From positions 1 to 50,654 of the IMG/VR virus record IMGVR_UViG_3300006169_000158: 50,654 bases of DNA; one strand, 5' to 3'. Source of the DNA: a virus. Taxonomy: Duplodnaviria > Caudoviricetes. Below the pieces are notes generated by a model. It did no database searches, was not told where the DNA came from, and worked only from the letters and a program-made list of their open reading frames with translations. The translations under genes and the position numbers were made by a program. Positions 17,161 through 24,976 of this stretch are shown in pieces. The first letter of the stretch is position 1. The number at the start of each line of letters is the position of its first letter.

Positions 17161-17217
17161 GGTGGTGTGTTCCGATGGTTTAAGTTTAGGGGAGACCGGC
17201 TGCACCGGAAAGGGTTT
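17161..17217 (-). promoter_or_regulatory. Class-1 cassette promoter and leader
   Basis: AAACCC TTTCCG-17-TAAACT TAAACCATCGGAACACACCAC. Confidence 0.75.
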
Positions 17218-17360
17218 CGGCCTCACCGGGGAAAGAATCGAAAGTTTCTTGGGCGCTCTGGACGGGCGAGACGACTAGCGACACCTCGCCGCGCTCACCT
17301 CGCTCGCGCCATTCACCTCGCTGGGGCGACTCTGGCTGCTGTCACAGCACCGGCAAGCAG

Positions 17361-17392
17361 CCACCCGCTGGGATGTGAGGCCCAGCGGGTGG
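17361..17392 (-). terminator. Hairpin terminator
   Basis: 12-bp stem CCACCCGCTGGG/CCCAGCGGGTGG. Confidence 0.65.
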
Positions 17393-17402
17393 AGTGGGGC
17401 GG

Positions 17403-17663
17403 TCAGCCCTTTTCGGCGATCAGGATGGCATCCATGGCGGATTGTCCACCATTGACCACCTGAGCGACGAGTTCGGCGGTGTCCGGGCGGTCAGGGTAGT
17501 TCTCCTGAACGAACCGGGCAGCCATGGCGGCGACGCCACCGACCAGATTCATCCAGTCGCGGTACGAGTCCGACGCCTGGACTTCCGCGACGAGCATCCC
17601 GAGCAGTTCGGGAGCCGCCGTTTCCGGTGCGGGGACGGTGTCTCCGAATCCAATGAGGTCCAT
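17403..17663 (-). CDS. Hypothetical protein
   Basis: AAAGGAGG RBS after a promoter. Confidence 0.75.
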   Translation of the reverse strand: MDLIGFGDTVPAPETAAPELLGMLVAEVQASDSYRDWMNLVGGVAAMAARFVQENYPDRPDTAELVAQVVNGGQSAMDAILIAEKG

Positions 17664-17680
17664 TTCTTTCCTCCTTTCGG

Positions 17681-17738
17681 GTGTGGTGTTGTCCGATAGT
17701 TAAAGTATAGGGGAGCACCGCACCTGCTGCAAGGGTTT
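17681..17738 (-). promoter_or_regulatory. Class-1 cassette promoter and leader
   Basis: AAACCC TTGCAG-17-TATACT TTAACTATCGGACAACACCAC. Confidence 0.75.
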
Positions 17739-17816
17739 CTCCGCTGAATCGAGAAGTTTCCCCAAGTTTCTTCGGGCGCGACACTGTCACAGCACCGCCG
17801 CCGAAGCGGCAGGCTG

Positions 17817-18080
17817 TCAGACCGGCGCTCTCCACGGGCGGGTCTGGGAGTCGATCCGGTCGCGGAGCCTCGGGTCGCGGTCGAGCATTCGCTGCATCGT
17901 CACCGTCACCAAGTCGTAGGCGAGCACCTTGTCATCGATCGACCGGATCAGGTCGTCGTTGTCCGGGTCGGCGTCCGCGAGGTCCCACAGTCGGTCGATC
18001 TCCCGACCCAACTGGACCTCCTCGCCCCGGAGCAACCACCACGCCTTCGCGTCGGCCTCCAACCTCTGCGCGCTCACCAC
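17817..18080 (-). CDS. Hypothetical protein
   Basis: Overlaps the upstream stop codon. Confidence 0.6.
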   Translation of the reverse strand: MVSAQRLEADAKAWWLLRGEEVQLGREIDRLWDLADADPDNDDLIRSIDDKVLAYDLVTVTMQRMLDRDPRLRDRIDSQTRPWRAPV

Positions 18081-18259
18081 TGCCTCGGCTCGTCCTCGAA
18101 GAACATCCAGTCGTCGTCGCCCGACTCGATCAGCGCCCGGACGCGCTCCTTGATCTCCTCGTCGGTCCCGTACAACTGGCCCGAGCAGTCACCCGCCTCG
18201 TGGCCGCAGCACGGGAAGTCTTCGCAGCGCCCGATCGACGCCTCCTCACTCCACGGCAT
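18074..18259 (-). CDS. Small Cys-rich acidic protein
   Basis: RCEDFPCCGHEAGDC; TGATG coupling. Confidence 0.65.
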   Translation of the reverse strand: MPWSEEASIGRCEDFPCCGHEAGDCSGQLYGTDEEIKERVRALIESGDDDWMFFEDEPRQW

Positions 18260-18513
18260 CACCGACCACCGCCGATCAACGGGTAGCGCCGGACGATCGC
18301 CTCGACGCACTGCGCGTGCGTCAGGTCTCCCACCCGGAACTCCGGGTCCGACTCGATCTTCGGGAGCAACTCACCTGCGACCAGCGAGCCCTCGGCGAAC
18401 ACCGCCTCCCAGACGTCGTCGTTGCTGCCGCCGACCCACACCTCCTCGGCCCGAGCCTCCGCAGCCTCGAACGCGGCGTCCTCCGCCGCCATCTTCTCCG
18501 CCATCTTCTCCAT
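18259..18513 (-). CDS. Small acidic protein (MEKMAEKMAA...)
   Basis: GGAGG RBS; starts just after the upstream stop. Confidence 0.65.
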   Translation of the reverse strand: MEKMAEKMAAEDAAFEAAEARAEEVWVGGSNDDVWEAVFAEGSLVAGELLPKIESDPEFRVGDLTHAQCVEAIVRRYPLIGGGR

Positions 18514-18514
18514 C

Positions 18515-18670
18515 TCAGAGCACCTCCATTCCCTCGCTCGCGCCGAGGCACTCAACGCAAAGGTCGAGCACCTCATCGGTCTCGGTGTCGCGGACTCGCA
18601 GCACCGGCTTCGCCTCCGAAATGTCTTCGGTGGCTTCGTGCCCGCAACCTCCGCACAGCCTGGTCTCCAT
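18515..18670 (-). CDS. 51-aa Zn-ribbon protein (METRLCGGCGH...LCVECL)
   Basis: Hand translation; follows promoter and RBS; below the ORF-track length cutoff. Confidence 0.65.
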   Translation of the reverse strand: METRLCGGCGHEATEDISEAKPVLRVRDTETDEVLDLCVECLGASEGMEVL

Positions 18671-18687
18671 CTGCCTCTCCCTTCGTT

Positions 18688-18743
18688 GGTGGTGTTTCCC
18701 GATAGTTAAAGTTTAGCCCTCACCGCCTTCATGTCTAGGGTTT
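18688..18743 (-). promoter_or_regulatory. Class-1 cassette promoter and leader
   Basis: AAACCC TAGACA-16-TAAACT TTAACTATCGGGAAACACCAC. Confidence 0.75.
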
Positions 18744-19017
18744 CTCCCAAGTATCCCCAAGTATCCCCGGCGTCAACTCTGCGCCTCGCTCGGTGGCGAC
18801 CACTGACGGCCTCTGGGCGCGACCTACTCCAAGGGTGAGGGGCGCTCGTCGGGATGCTTCAGCACTGACGCAGCCAGGTCGGCCTGCTCGGGTCACAGCA
18901 CCGCCGAAGGCGTCATGACGGCTGGAGGCTCTTGCGCACTCGCTGCTCTGCGAGGTCTTCAAGCCTCCACCACACCTCGGCTCACTCGCTGCTCTGGCGC
19001 ATCACCTACTACAGCAA

Positions 19018-19047
19018 CGACGGCGGCACCGTCAGGCACCGCCGTCG
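19018..19047 (-). terminator. Hairpin terminator
   Basis: CGACGGCGG..CCGCCGTCG after the stop at 19055. Confidence 0.6.
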
Positions 19048-19054
19048 TCTCCGA

Positions 19055-19339
19055 TCAGTCTTGCGACTTCGGGTCCACCACCAGATGGTCAAACGGGCAC
19101 CGGCATTCACCGGTCACCGAGCGGGGCGCTCCAGCCATGTCTTCGTCAGTCGGCATGCCCACCGCGTGCAGGCTGCGCGACCACGGGTTCTTCGTCAGGT
19201 ACTCCGCCGTCGGGTGGTTCTTGCAGGTGACTTCGAACAGGCCACCCGGCTCCGGCCACTCGAACTCGTTGATCGGCACCCAGTCAGCGATGTCGTCCTT
19301 GGTGCGGCCAGCCTCTTGGCTCGGGAAGCCCACCATCAC
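19055..19339 (-). CDS. Hypothetical protein (C..H..CxC)
   Basis: Coupled to the upstream gene. Confidence 0.65.
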   Translation of the reverse strand: MMVGFPSQEAGRTKDDIADWVPINEFEWPEPGGLFEVTCKNHPTAEYLTKNPWSRSLHAVGMPTDEDMAGAPRSVTGECRCPFDHLVVDPKSQD

Positions 19340-19590
19340 AGCGCTCCGATCAGTGAGTCGAACTCGGCGTTGGTCTCGAAGTCGCCCTCACCGTCGAACC
19401 CCGCACCCACGTAGACGATCGCGACCGCCGAGTTCCGGTCCTCCGCTTCGACCAGCCCGACCACGTCCTCGTGCTGCGGATCCCACTGCCACAGCCACTC
19501 GCCGGAGTCCGCCATCTTGGCCGCAGTGTCAACCACCACGGGGTCTGCCACCTCGCGGAGTACTGTCTCCGCTTGGGTCCTTGCGTCCAT
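19336..19590 (-). CDS. Small acidic protein
   Basis: Follows promoter and RBS. Confidence 0.7.
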   Translation of the reverse strand: MDARTQAETVLREVADPVVVDTAAKMADSGEWLWQWDPQHEDVVGLVEAEDRNSAVAIVYVGAGFDGEGDFETNAEFDSLIGAL

Positions 19591-19610
19591 CTCGGGGTCC
19601 TGCCTTTCTC

Positions 19611-19669
19611 TGGTGGTGTTTTCCGATGTTTAAGTATAAACACTCGTGCGCTCGCGGTGTCTAGGGTTT
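19611..19669 (-). promoter_or_regulatory. Class-1 cassette promoter and leader
   Basis: AAACCC TAGACA-19-TATACT TAAACATCGGAAAACACCAC. Confidence 0.75.
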
Positions 19670-19996
19670 CGGGCAAGTATCGGAAGTTTCTGCATGGCTC
19701 TGCACAGGGGGCCTAGGAGGATGGGGTTCGGTTCGCACCCTCGCTCGGTGGCGACGCTGGACGGCCTCTGGACGGCTCTACTTCCTGAGGGGAGGAGCGC
19801 TCGGCGGGCTGCTCAGGACACAGCACCGCCGCCCTCCGGGTCGGGCGGGCGGCGATGCCTATTCAGTTGTTCAGCGCCAACTTCACATGCCGCAGGGACT
19901 ACTGGCGATCGTCCCTACGTACTGTGCGTCGTCACTTGTGCCAGCGACGCATCCTCCGCCCGGCTGACTGCTCAACCGGGCGGAGGACGTCTGGGC

Positions 19997-20332
19997 TCAG
20001 CCCTTCGCGGACTGGCGACCGCGACCGCGACCCTTGGGGGCGGCGGGCTTCGGCTCGTCCTTCGCCGGGGCCGGGGAGACCGGCGAGGTCTCGCTCTTCG
20101 GCGTGTGCTTGCGGGCGAACTCGGTGACCGAGGAGCACGTGTAGATCACCACGACCTCGGCCTTCGTGAGACCGGCGTCCGTCAGGACCGGCAGCGTCTT
20201 GTCGGCCTTCTCGCTGGTGTCGTACGGGCCGAACTCGGTGATCTTGCCGTCGAAGAGGCCGCGCACGGCCCACTTCTCCTGGATCCCCTTGTTGGCCTTG
20301 CGGGCGGGCTGGGTCTGGGTCGAAACGCTCAT
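19997..20332 (-). CDS. Basic hypothetical protein (MSVSTQTQP...)
   Basis: AGGAAG RBS; GC3-rich codons; C-terminus KGRGRGR. Confidence 0.7.
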   Translation of the reverse strand: MSVSTQTQPARKANKGIQEKWAVRGLFDGKITEFGPYDTSEKADKTLPVLTDAGLTKAEVVVIYTCSSVTEFARKHTPKSETSPVSPAPAKDEPKPAAPKGRGRGRQSAKG

Positions 20333-20394
20333 GATGCACTTCCTGTCTGTCGCTCTCTTGCGACCTCTCGGAGGGCCACCCTCTTGGTGACCTC

Positions 20395-20449
20395 GGTGTT
20401 TTCCGATGATTAAGTATAAACACGGGTCCGCTCTCAGTGTCAAGGGTTT
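20395..20449 (-). promoter_or_regulatory. Class-1 cassette promoter and leader
   Basis: AAACCC TTGACA-19-TATACT TAATCATCGGAAAACACC. Confidence 0.75.
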
Positions 20450-20625
20450 TCTCTCGTCACCAAAAGAATCTCGAAAAAGTTCTACGTCGCGGATCACACA
20501 TGACCGGCATGTCAAGAGTTCGCCGCAAGTATCGGCTGGAATCTTCACCGCTCGGGGCAGCACGGGTCACTACCCCGAGCGGCGGTCTCTGGACTCAGCA
20601 CCTGCTGACAGGCACCGAACATCGG

Positions 20626-21432
20626 CTAGGCAACCGGCCAGGCCCAGTCGCAAGTGCGGCAGTTCACCGAGACGAGCACCTTCTTGCCATCCTTCGTCTT
20701 CGTGCGAACAAGCACCGGGCCGCCGTCTGCCGGACACTTGCGGTCAAGCACCGCCTGCCGGACATCATTCGCCGACGACCAGCCGGTCGTGCTGCCACCG
20801 AACGGACTGCTTCCGACGACATGCGCCGACTCCACCGTGCCGGGCTCCTCCTTGGCATCGGCTGAGAACTGCGCCTCGGGGATTCGCCGACTCACTCGCT
20901 GCTCTGCATCGGCTGACACCGCCGCCTCGCCGCCACCAGACTTCACTCGCTGCTCTGCACTGCCATCGGCTGCATCAGACGCCTCGCCTCCATCGGACTG
21001 CACTCGCTGCTCTACACGCAGCGACTCCTGCGCCATGCGAGCAACACCCATCGCCTGCTTCATCTTGGCTTCGACAGACTCTGGCGTGTCTGGCATCACC
21101 ACGGACAGCGGCTGTGACACCGGTTCCGTCGATTCGCCTCCACGCTCGCTGCTCTGGCGCTGCGACTCCTTCACCCGAGCATCGGACTGCTTCTGCGACA
21201 GCGACTGCTCCTGCGATTCCTCAACAACCGTCGTCGTCTTGCCGCGTTCGGCTGCCCGCTTGGCCCGTCGGTCCGCTCGGATCTGCTCCTCGTGCTCGTC
21301 CATCCACTTCTCGATGGCTTCGAGCGTGCTCACTGCCATGCTCTTGGCTCCGACCAAGTTGCGGAGGCGGTCGCGGGTCTGCCGGGGCCACCGCTGCTGA
21401 ACGGCCACCATGTCGGTCTTGCGGTCACTCAT
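20626..21432 (-). CDS. RHH-like DNA-binding protein with AEQRV repeats and C-terminal Zn ribbon
   Basis: VAVQQRWPRQTRDRL..LEAIEKW; CPAD..CRTC. Confidence 0.55.
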   Translation of the reverse strand: MSDRKTDMVAVQQRWPRQTRDRLRNLVGAKSMAVSTLEAIEKWMDEHEEQIRADRRAKRAAERGKTTTVVEESQEQSLSQKQSDARVKESQRQSSERGGESTEPVSQPLSVVMPDTPESVEAKMKQAMGVARMAQESLRVEQRVQSDGGEASDAADGSAEQRVKSGGGEAAVSADAEQRVSRRIPEAQFSADAKEEPGTVESAHVVGSSPFGGSTTGWSSANDVRQAVLDRKCPADGGPVLVRTKTKDGKKVLVSVNCRTCDWAWPVA

Positions 21433-21530
21433 TGCTGCCTTCTCCTCTGTCGTCGTGCTCAACTTACTGGCCAGTTCGGGTCTAACCCCGTGTTTTCTGG
21501 CACTTCCGGGGTTCAAACATAAGCATTCAC

Positions 21531-21980
21531 CTAGATCACGAGGCCACAGGTCTGACACCGTGGGCTCGCGGGGCTCCACGACCTTTGCTCCTTGCCACAG
21601 GTGCATCGTGGCGCGGGGCCTTGTCGAATCCGAATCCTTCCCGTGTCCACCATGCCCTCCGCCGAGACTCGGGGATCGATCTGAGGCGGGTCATACGACC
21701 TCGGGTCGACAGTGCGCGTGGTGCGAGCAGGCGCGGGTGCTTCATGGGCCGCTGGGCCTTCTGCGTGCTCATTGTTCATACTATCGCGGGTCGCTTCCTC
21801 GATGACGGACGGTGGCCCGGTCTCCGGAACGTGCATCTGGTCGGGGCGTGAGCGGTAGCCGACGTACTGCTCCACCGCCATCTGGATCACCACTCCCGGC
21901 GTGACCCCGAGGTTGGCAGCGAGGTCCAGCAGCAGACCATCCACCTCGTCGCCGAAGCGTCGGGTGCGCGGTTCACTCAT
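21531..21980 (-). CDS. Ribbon-helix-helix DNA-binding protein with C-terminal Cys motif
   Basis: PRTRRFGDEVD.LL..LA..G.T...VI..AVEQY; CTC..CQTC. Confidence 0.6.
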   Translation of the reverse strand: MSEPRTRRFGDEVDGLLLDLAANLGVTPGVVIQMAVEQYVGYRSRPDQMHVPETGPPSVIEEATRDSMNNEHAEGPAAHEAPAPARTTRTVDPRSYDPPQIDPRVSAEGMVDTGRIRIRQGPAPRCTCGKEQRSWSPASPRCQTCGLVI

Positions 21981-22197
21981 CTAGATCGCCTCCGGATTTT
22001 TCATCTCATCGCCTCACGACTCAGGGGTGTAGTGGGTGCACATTCGCCCGTCTTTCCGCCTCATTCTCCTCTTATTCCTTAACCTTCCGCACGCATCCTC
22101 CCACTGTCTGTTTTCGCCTCCTTCCATGGGGGATGGGGAGTTCTCCTCTTGGTCTATGGAGAGCGGGGACTGACGGGTCCTGTGCCGCCCGTACACG

Positions 22198-23283
22198 CTA
22201 GATAGTGGTTGGTTCTGTCAGGTTGCGTACCCATTCGTTCCACACCTGCGGACGTGGCGACACCGTGAGGCACCATTTCCCGTCCGTCTCCTTCCGTCCG
22301 GAGTCGTACCGCTGGACAGTCGCCATGATCGTGGGGCCGCAGTGGTCGTCGAACTTGCGGATGTAGCGCCACACCACTACCGGGACTCCCATGTACCAGA
22401 CCGTTGCTCCTGCCGGGGTGTCAACATCGGTCCTCCCGATCTGCGAAACCGCGTAACTGTGGGCTGCAATCGCGGTGGTGAACGGTCCGACGTCTGCGAC
22501 AACCTTGCTTTCCCCACTGCTCGTGACTGCCACAACTCCGACCCAGTAGGACGTGTTGCCGAAGTGATCGGCATACAGCCGCGAGTGCGACAACTCCGCG
22601 AAGATCGATGCGTACGTCGAGTTCTCAGGACGCTTCCCATTGCTTAGGAAGTGCTCCCGCCACGTGTCGATCCGGAGGTTCTTGGTCATCACGAAGCGCG
22701 GCATGGCTGCGGTTTCGGGTGGACGATTTCCATCCATCTCCTGCGCGGTCACTGCTTCGTCCGAGAGTGGAAGCAATCCGGCGTCGTACGCCTGCCAGTA
22801 GCGGGAAGCGTGCGGGTACGAGAGTCGATTTCCGCCCTTCGTCTTGCAGGTACGATTCTTCTCCGCTCCGCAGTACCCACAGTCGAACGACAACATGGCA
22901 TCCAACACCCGCTCATGCGGTCGCCTCCGTGGCGTCTCCTTCGGGTAGTCCTCCCACGGCGTGCCGGGAAGCGGATCGACAGACGGCTTGGTCATCTCGG
23001 TGATCACCGCCTCCTCTTCCTTCTTTTGCGCCAACTTCTCCTTCCCCTTGACGATGGCGTGCGCGAGGATGCGTCGCCAGACCGTCAGTTCATGCCTGAA
23101 CGTCTGAGCGAACAGAGAGTCAGCCTTGGCCTCCTCGCCCTCGGCCCACATGGACAAGCATCGGTAGACGGTGGAGATCTCGCCGTTCGTCCTATACCCC
23201 AACGAGTTGGCCAGCACGAGACCAGCCTCGATGTCCACTGGGTCGACGTTCACGCCCGGTACCAACTTCTCCGTGGGGCTCAT
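22198..23283 (-). CDS. Hypothetical protein with internal zinc finger
   Basis: CGYCGA...C........HASR. Confidence 0.7.
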   Translation of the reverse strand: MSPTEKLVPGVNVDPVDIEAGLVLANSLGYRTNGEISTVYRCLSMWAEGEEAKADSLFAQTFRHELTVWRRILAHAIVKGKEKLAQKKEEEAVITEMTKPSVDPLPGTPWEDYPKETPRRRPHERVLDAMLSFDCGYCGAEKNRTCKTKGGNRLSYPHASRYWQAYDAGLLPLSDEAVTAQEMDGNRPPETAAMPRFVMTKNLRIDTWREHFLSNGKRPENSTYASIFAELSHSRLYADHFGNTSYWVGVVAVTSSGESKVVADVGPFTTAIAAHSYAVSQIGRTDVDTPAGATVWYMGVPVVVWRYIRKFDDHCGPTIMATVQRYDSGRKETDGKWCLTVSPRPQVWNEWVRNLTEPTTI

Positions 23284-23528
23284 GGCGTCCCCTCGTGTTC
23301 GCGAATGACGTTGCTGATGCTGGCCCGTGGGACGTCGATCGTGCGGTACTTGGCAGGGCTGCCGGTGCCCGAACTGATCGTCCGCTGCACTCGCACGAAC
23401 CCTATGGTGGCGAAGAGGACTCTGCCGGACACGGAGGCCGGAGCCAGCGTCACGATGGTCACGTACTCACCGATCACGAATGGCAGTTCGCTGCCGCTTT
23501 TGACATCCAGTCCAGTTGTCTCGCTCAT
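23280..23528 (-). CDS. Hypothetical protein
   Basis: ATGA-coupled operon gene. Confidence 0.65.
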   Translation of the reverse strand: MSETTGLDVKSGSELPFVIGEYVTIVTLAPASVSGRVLFATIGFVRVQRTISSGTGSPAKYRTIDVPRASISNVIREHEGTP

Positions 23529-23824
23529 AACTCTCCTTCCGGTTGGCGGATCATCTCGACCAGTTCCATCAGGCCGATGACCGCATTGCCAAGATGCCCC
23601 GTGGCATCCATGTGCTGGTTCACCGTGTCGACAAGACTGCGGAGCACGTCATTCGTGACTCCTTGGGCCTTCTCCAACTCGGTAACCCTTGCGCGAAGAG
23701 CGGCGATCTGCTCTGCGTGCGTCCCGACGTTCTGCGACTCGTGGTACATGTCGCAGGCCGGACATGCTCCGGGTGGCTCGATATCCCGAGTCACGTGGTT
23801 GTGCTCAGCCGCTTCACTGACCAT
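23525..23824 (-). CDS. Hypothetical coiled-coil protein (CPAC)
   Basis: Coupled operon gene. Confidence 0.65.
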   Translation of the reverse strand: MVSEAAEHNHVTRDIEPPGACPACDMYHESQNVGTHAEQIAALRARVTELEKAQGVTNDVLRSLVDTVNQHMDATGHLGNAVIGLMELVEMIRQPEGEL

Positions 23825-24053
23825 GCTGCGCCGCCTTCCTCATCCGGAACTGCGTCTTTCTTGCGACGTCGTCCGGATTCATCACCGTGATGCTGTTGCG
23901 GTTCATCCCGATTGCTTTCCAGCCGGTGCCGAGCATCAGAGCAGCCATGCTGATCATTCGACTGCGGGCCTCCCGTGCGATGAAGGGCTTCTCGGATCGC
24001 TTCCACTGCTCATCCCCGGAGTCGCGGGCCTCAACCCAGAACATGTCAGTCAT
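23814..24053 (-). CDS. Hypothetical protein
   Basis: GGAGG RBS before MTDMFW. Confidence 0.6.
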   Translation of the reverse strand: MTDMFWVEARDSGDEQWKRSEKPFIAREARSRMISMAALMLGTGWKAIGMNRNSITVMNPDDVARKTQFRMRKAAQHGQ

Positions 24054-24429
24054 CGAGATCCTCCATCTCGGCCTCTTCACGGCAGATCCGTGCGGACTGC
24101 GGGAACTTACGCTTGATCCGAGCCCACCGCTGAGGCGTCATCTCCTGAGGCGACTGGGCCTTCATGTTGTAGATCTCAGCCGCAAGACCATCGAGATCGT
24201 CGTCGTACTCCAAGTCCGTGCTGTACGGGTTTGCACAGTCGTAGTGCAGCGTGATGCCGTCGTCGTCTCGGACGGCGCAGTCGAGAACCTCCCTGACCGC
24301 CTCGTCGAACACCTCGGCCAAGGCGAAGTCGATCTTCTTCGCGACCTTCTCGACCGTGGCAGCATCTCCGGCGATCAAAGCCAGTGACGCGAGATGCGCC
24401 GCCGTGTTGGTGGCTTCCTTGCTACTCAT
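24046..24429 (-). CDS. Hypothetical protein (MSSKEAT...)
   Basis: ATGA coupling. Confidence 0.65.
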   Translation of the reverse strand: MSSKEATNTAAHLASLALIAGDAATVEKVAKKIDFALAEVFDEAVREVLDCAVRDDDGITLHYDCANPYSTDLEYDDDLDGLAAEIYNMKAQSPQEMTPQRWARIKRKFPQSARICREEAEMEDLDD

Positions 24430-24665
24430 GGCACCTTCACCTCCGGGAACCCGTCTCGCAGGTAGCCGTCCGAGTCGATGAGGCCGTTCTGCGCCATCAT
24501 CCAAGCCATGTTCATCTTGGTCAGACGACCGAACTTGAACCCCTTGGACTTGGCATGGTTCCGAAGAGCGTTGCGGGTGTAGCGCCTGCATGCCTCCTGA
24601 CCACGGCGCTGGGCAATGTGGACACGCATCATGCCGTAGCGGTCGTCGTCATACTCGCCGCTCAT
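24426..24665 (-). CDS. Hypothetical protein
   Basis: AAGGAG RBS, coupled. Confidence 0.65.
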   Translation of the reverse strand: MSGEYDDDRYGMMRVHIAQRRGQEACRRYTRNALRNHAKSKGFKFGRLTKMNMAWMMAQNGLIDSDGYLRDGFPEVKVP

Positions 24666-24976
24666 GGGCTGTCTCCTTCCTTTGGGACATACAGGGCTCC
24701 GCGTGCCACGTGGGTCATCGTGGCGATGTCGTCGTCGGAGATCTTCGAGTGCGAGATGCGCTGAAGTGGCGTGACGTTCAGGTCGTCCAAGGGTGCGAAG
24801 GTGGCGGCATTCATCTGGTCGAATGTGCCGATCCAGCCATACTCACCCCCGGTCTCGATCAACCAGAGTTCTTCTGGCGGGGGCCATGACAACCTGAGGT
24901 CCTTCAACATCGCGTGCGCGACACGAGGCCCCTCTTCCGACAGTTCGATCACGAGGTGATCGGAGTCACCTGTCAT
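24662..24976 (-). CDS. Hypothetical protein (MTGDSDH...)
   Basis: ATGA coupling. Confidence 0.6.
   Translation of the reverse strand: MTGDSDHLVIELSEEGPRVAHAMLKDLRLSWPPPEELWLIETGGEYGWIGTFDQMNAATFAPLDDLNVTPLQRISHSKISDDDIATMTHVARGALYVPKEGDSP

Noticed and set aside
12473-20620. CRISPR array or true integron
   Set aside because: Repeats are degenerate and separated by whole genes; no cas or integrase gene and no attC-like structure seen
22014-22196. 60-aa ORF in the purine-skewed gap
   Set aside because: Atypical codon use and no clear RBS; more likely regulatory, left uncalled
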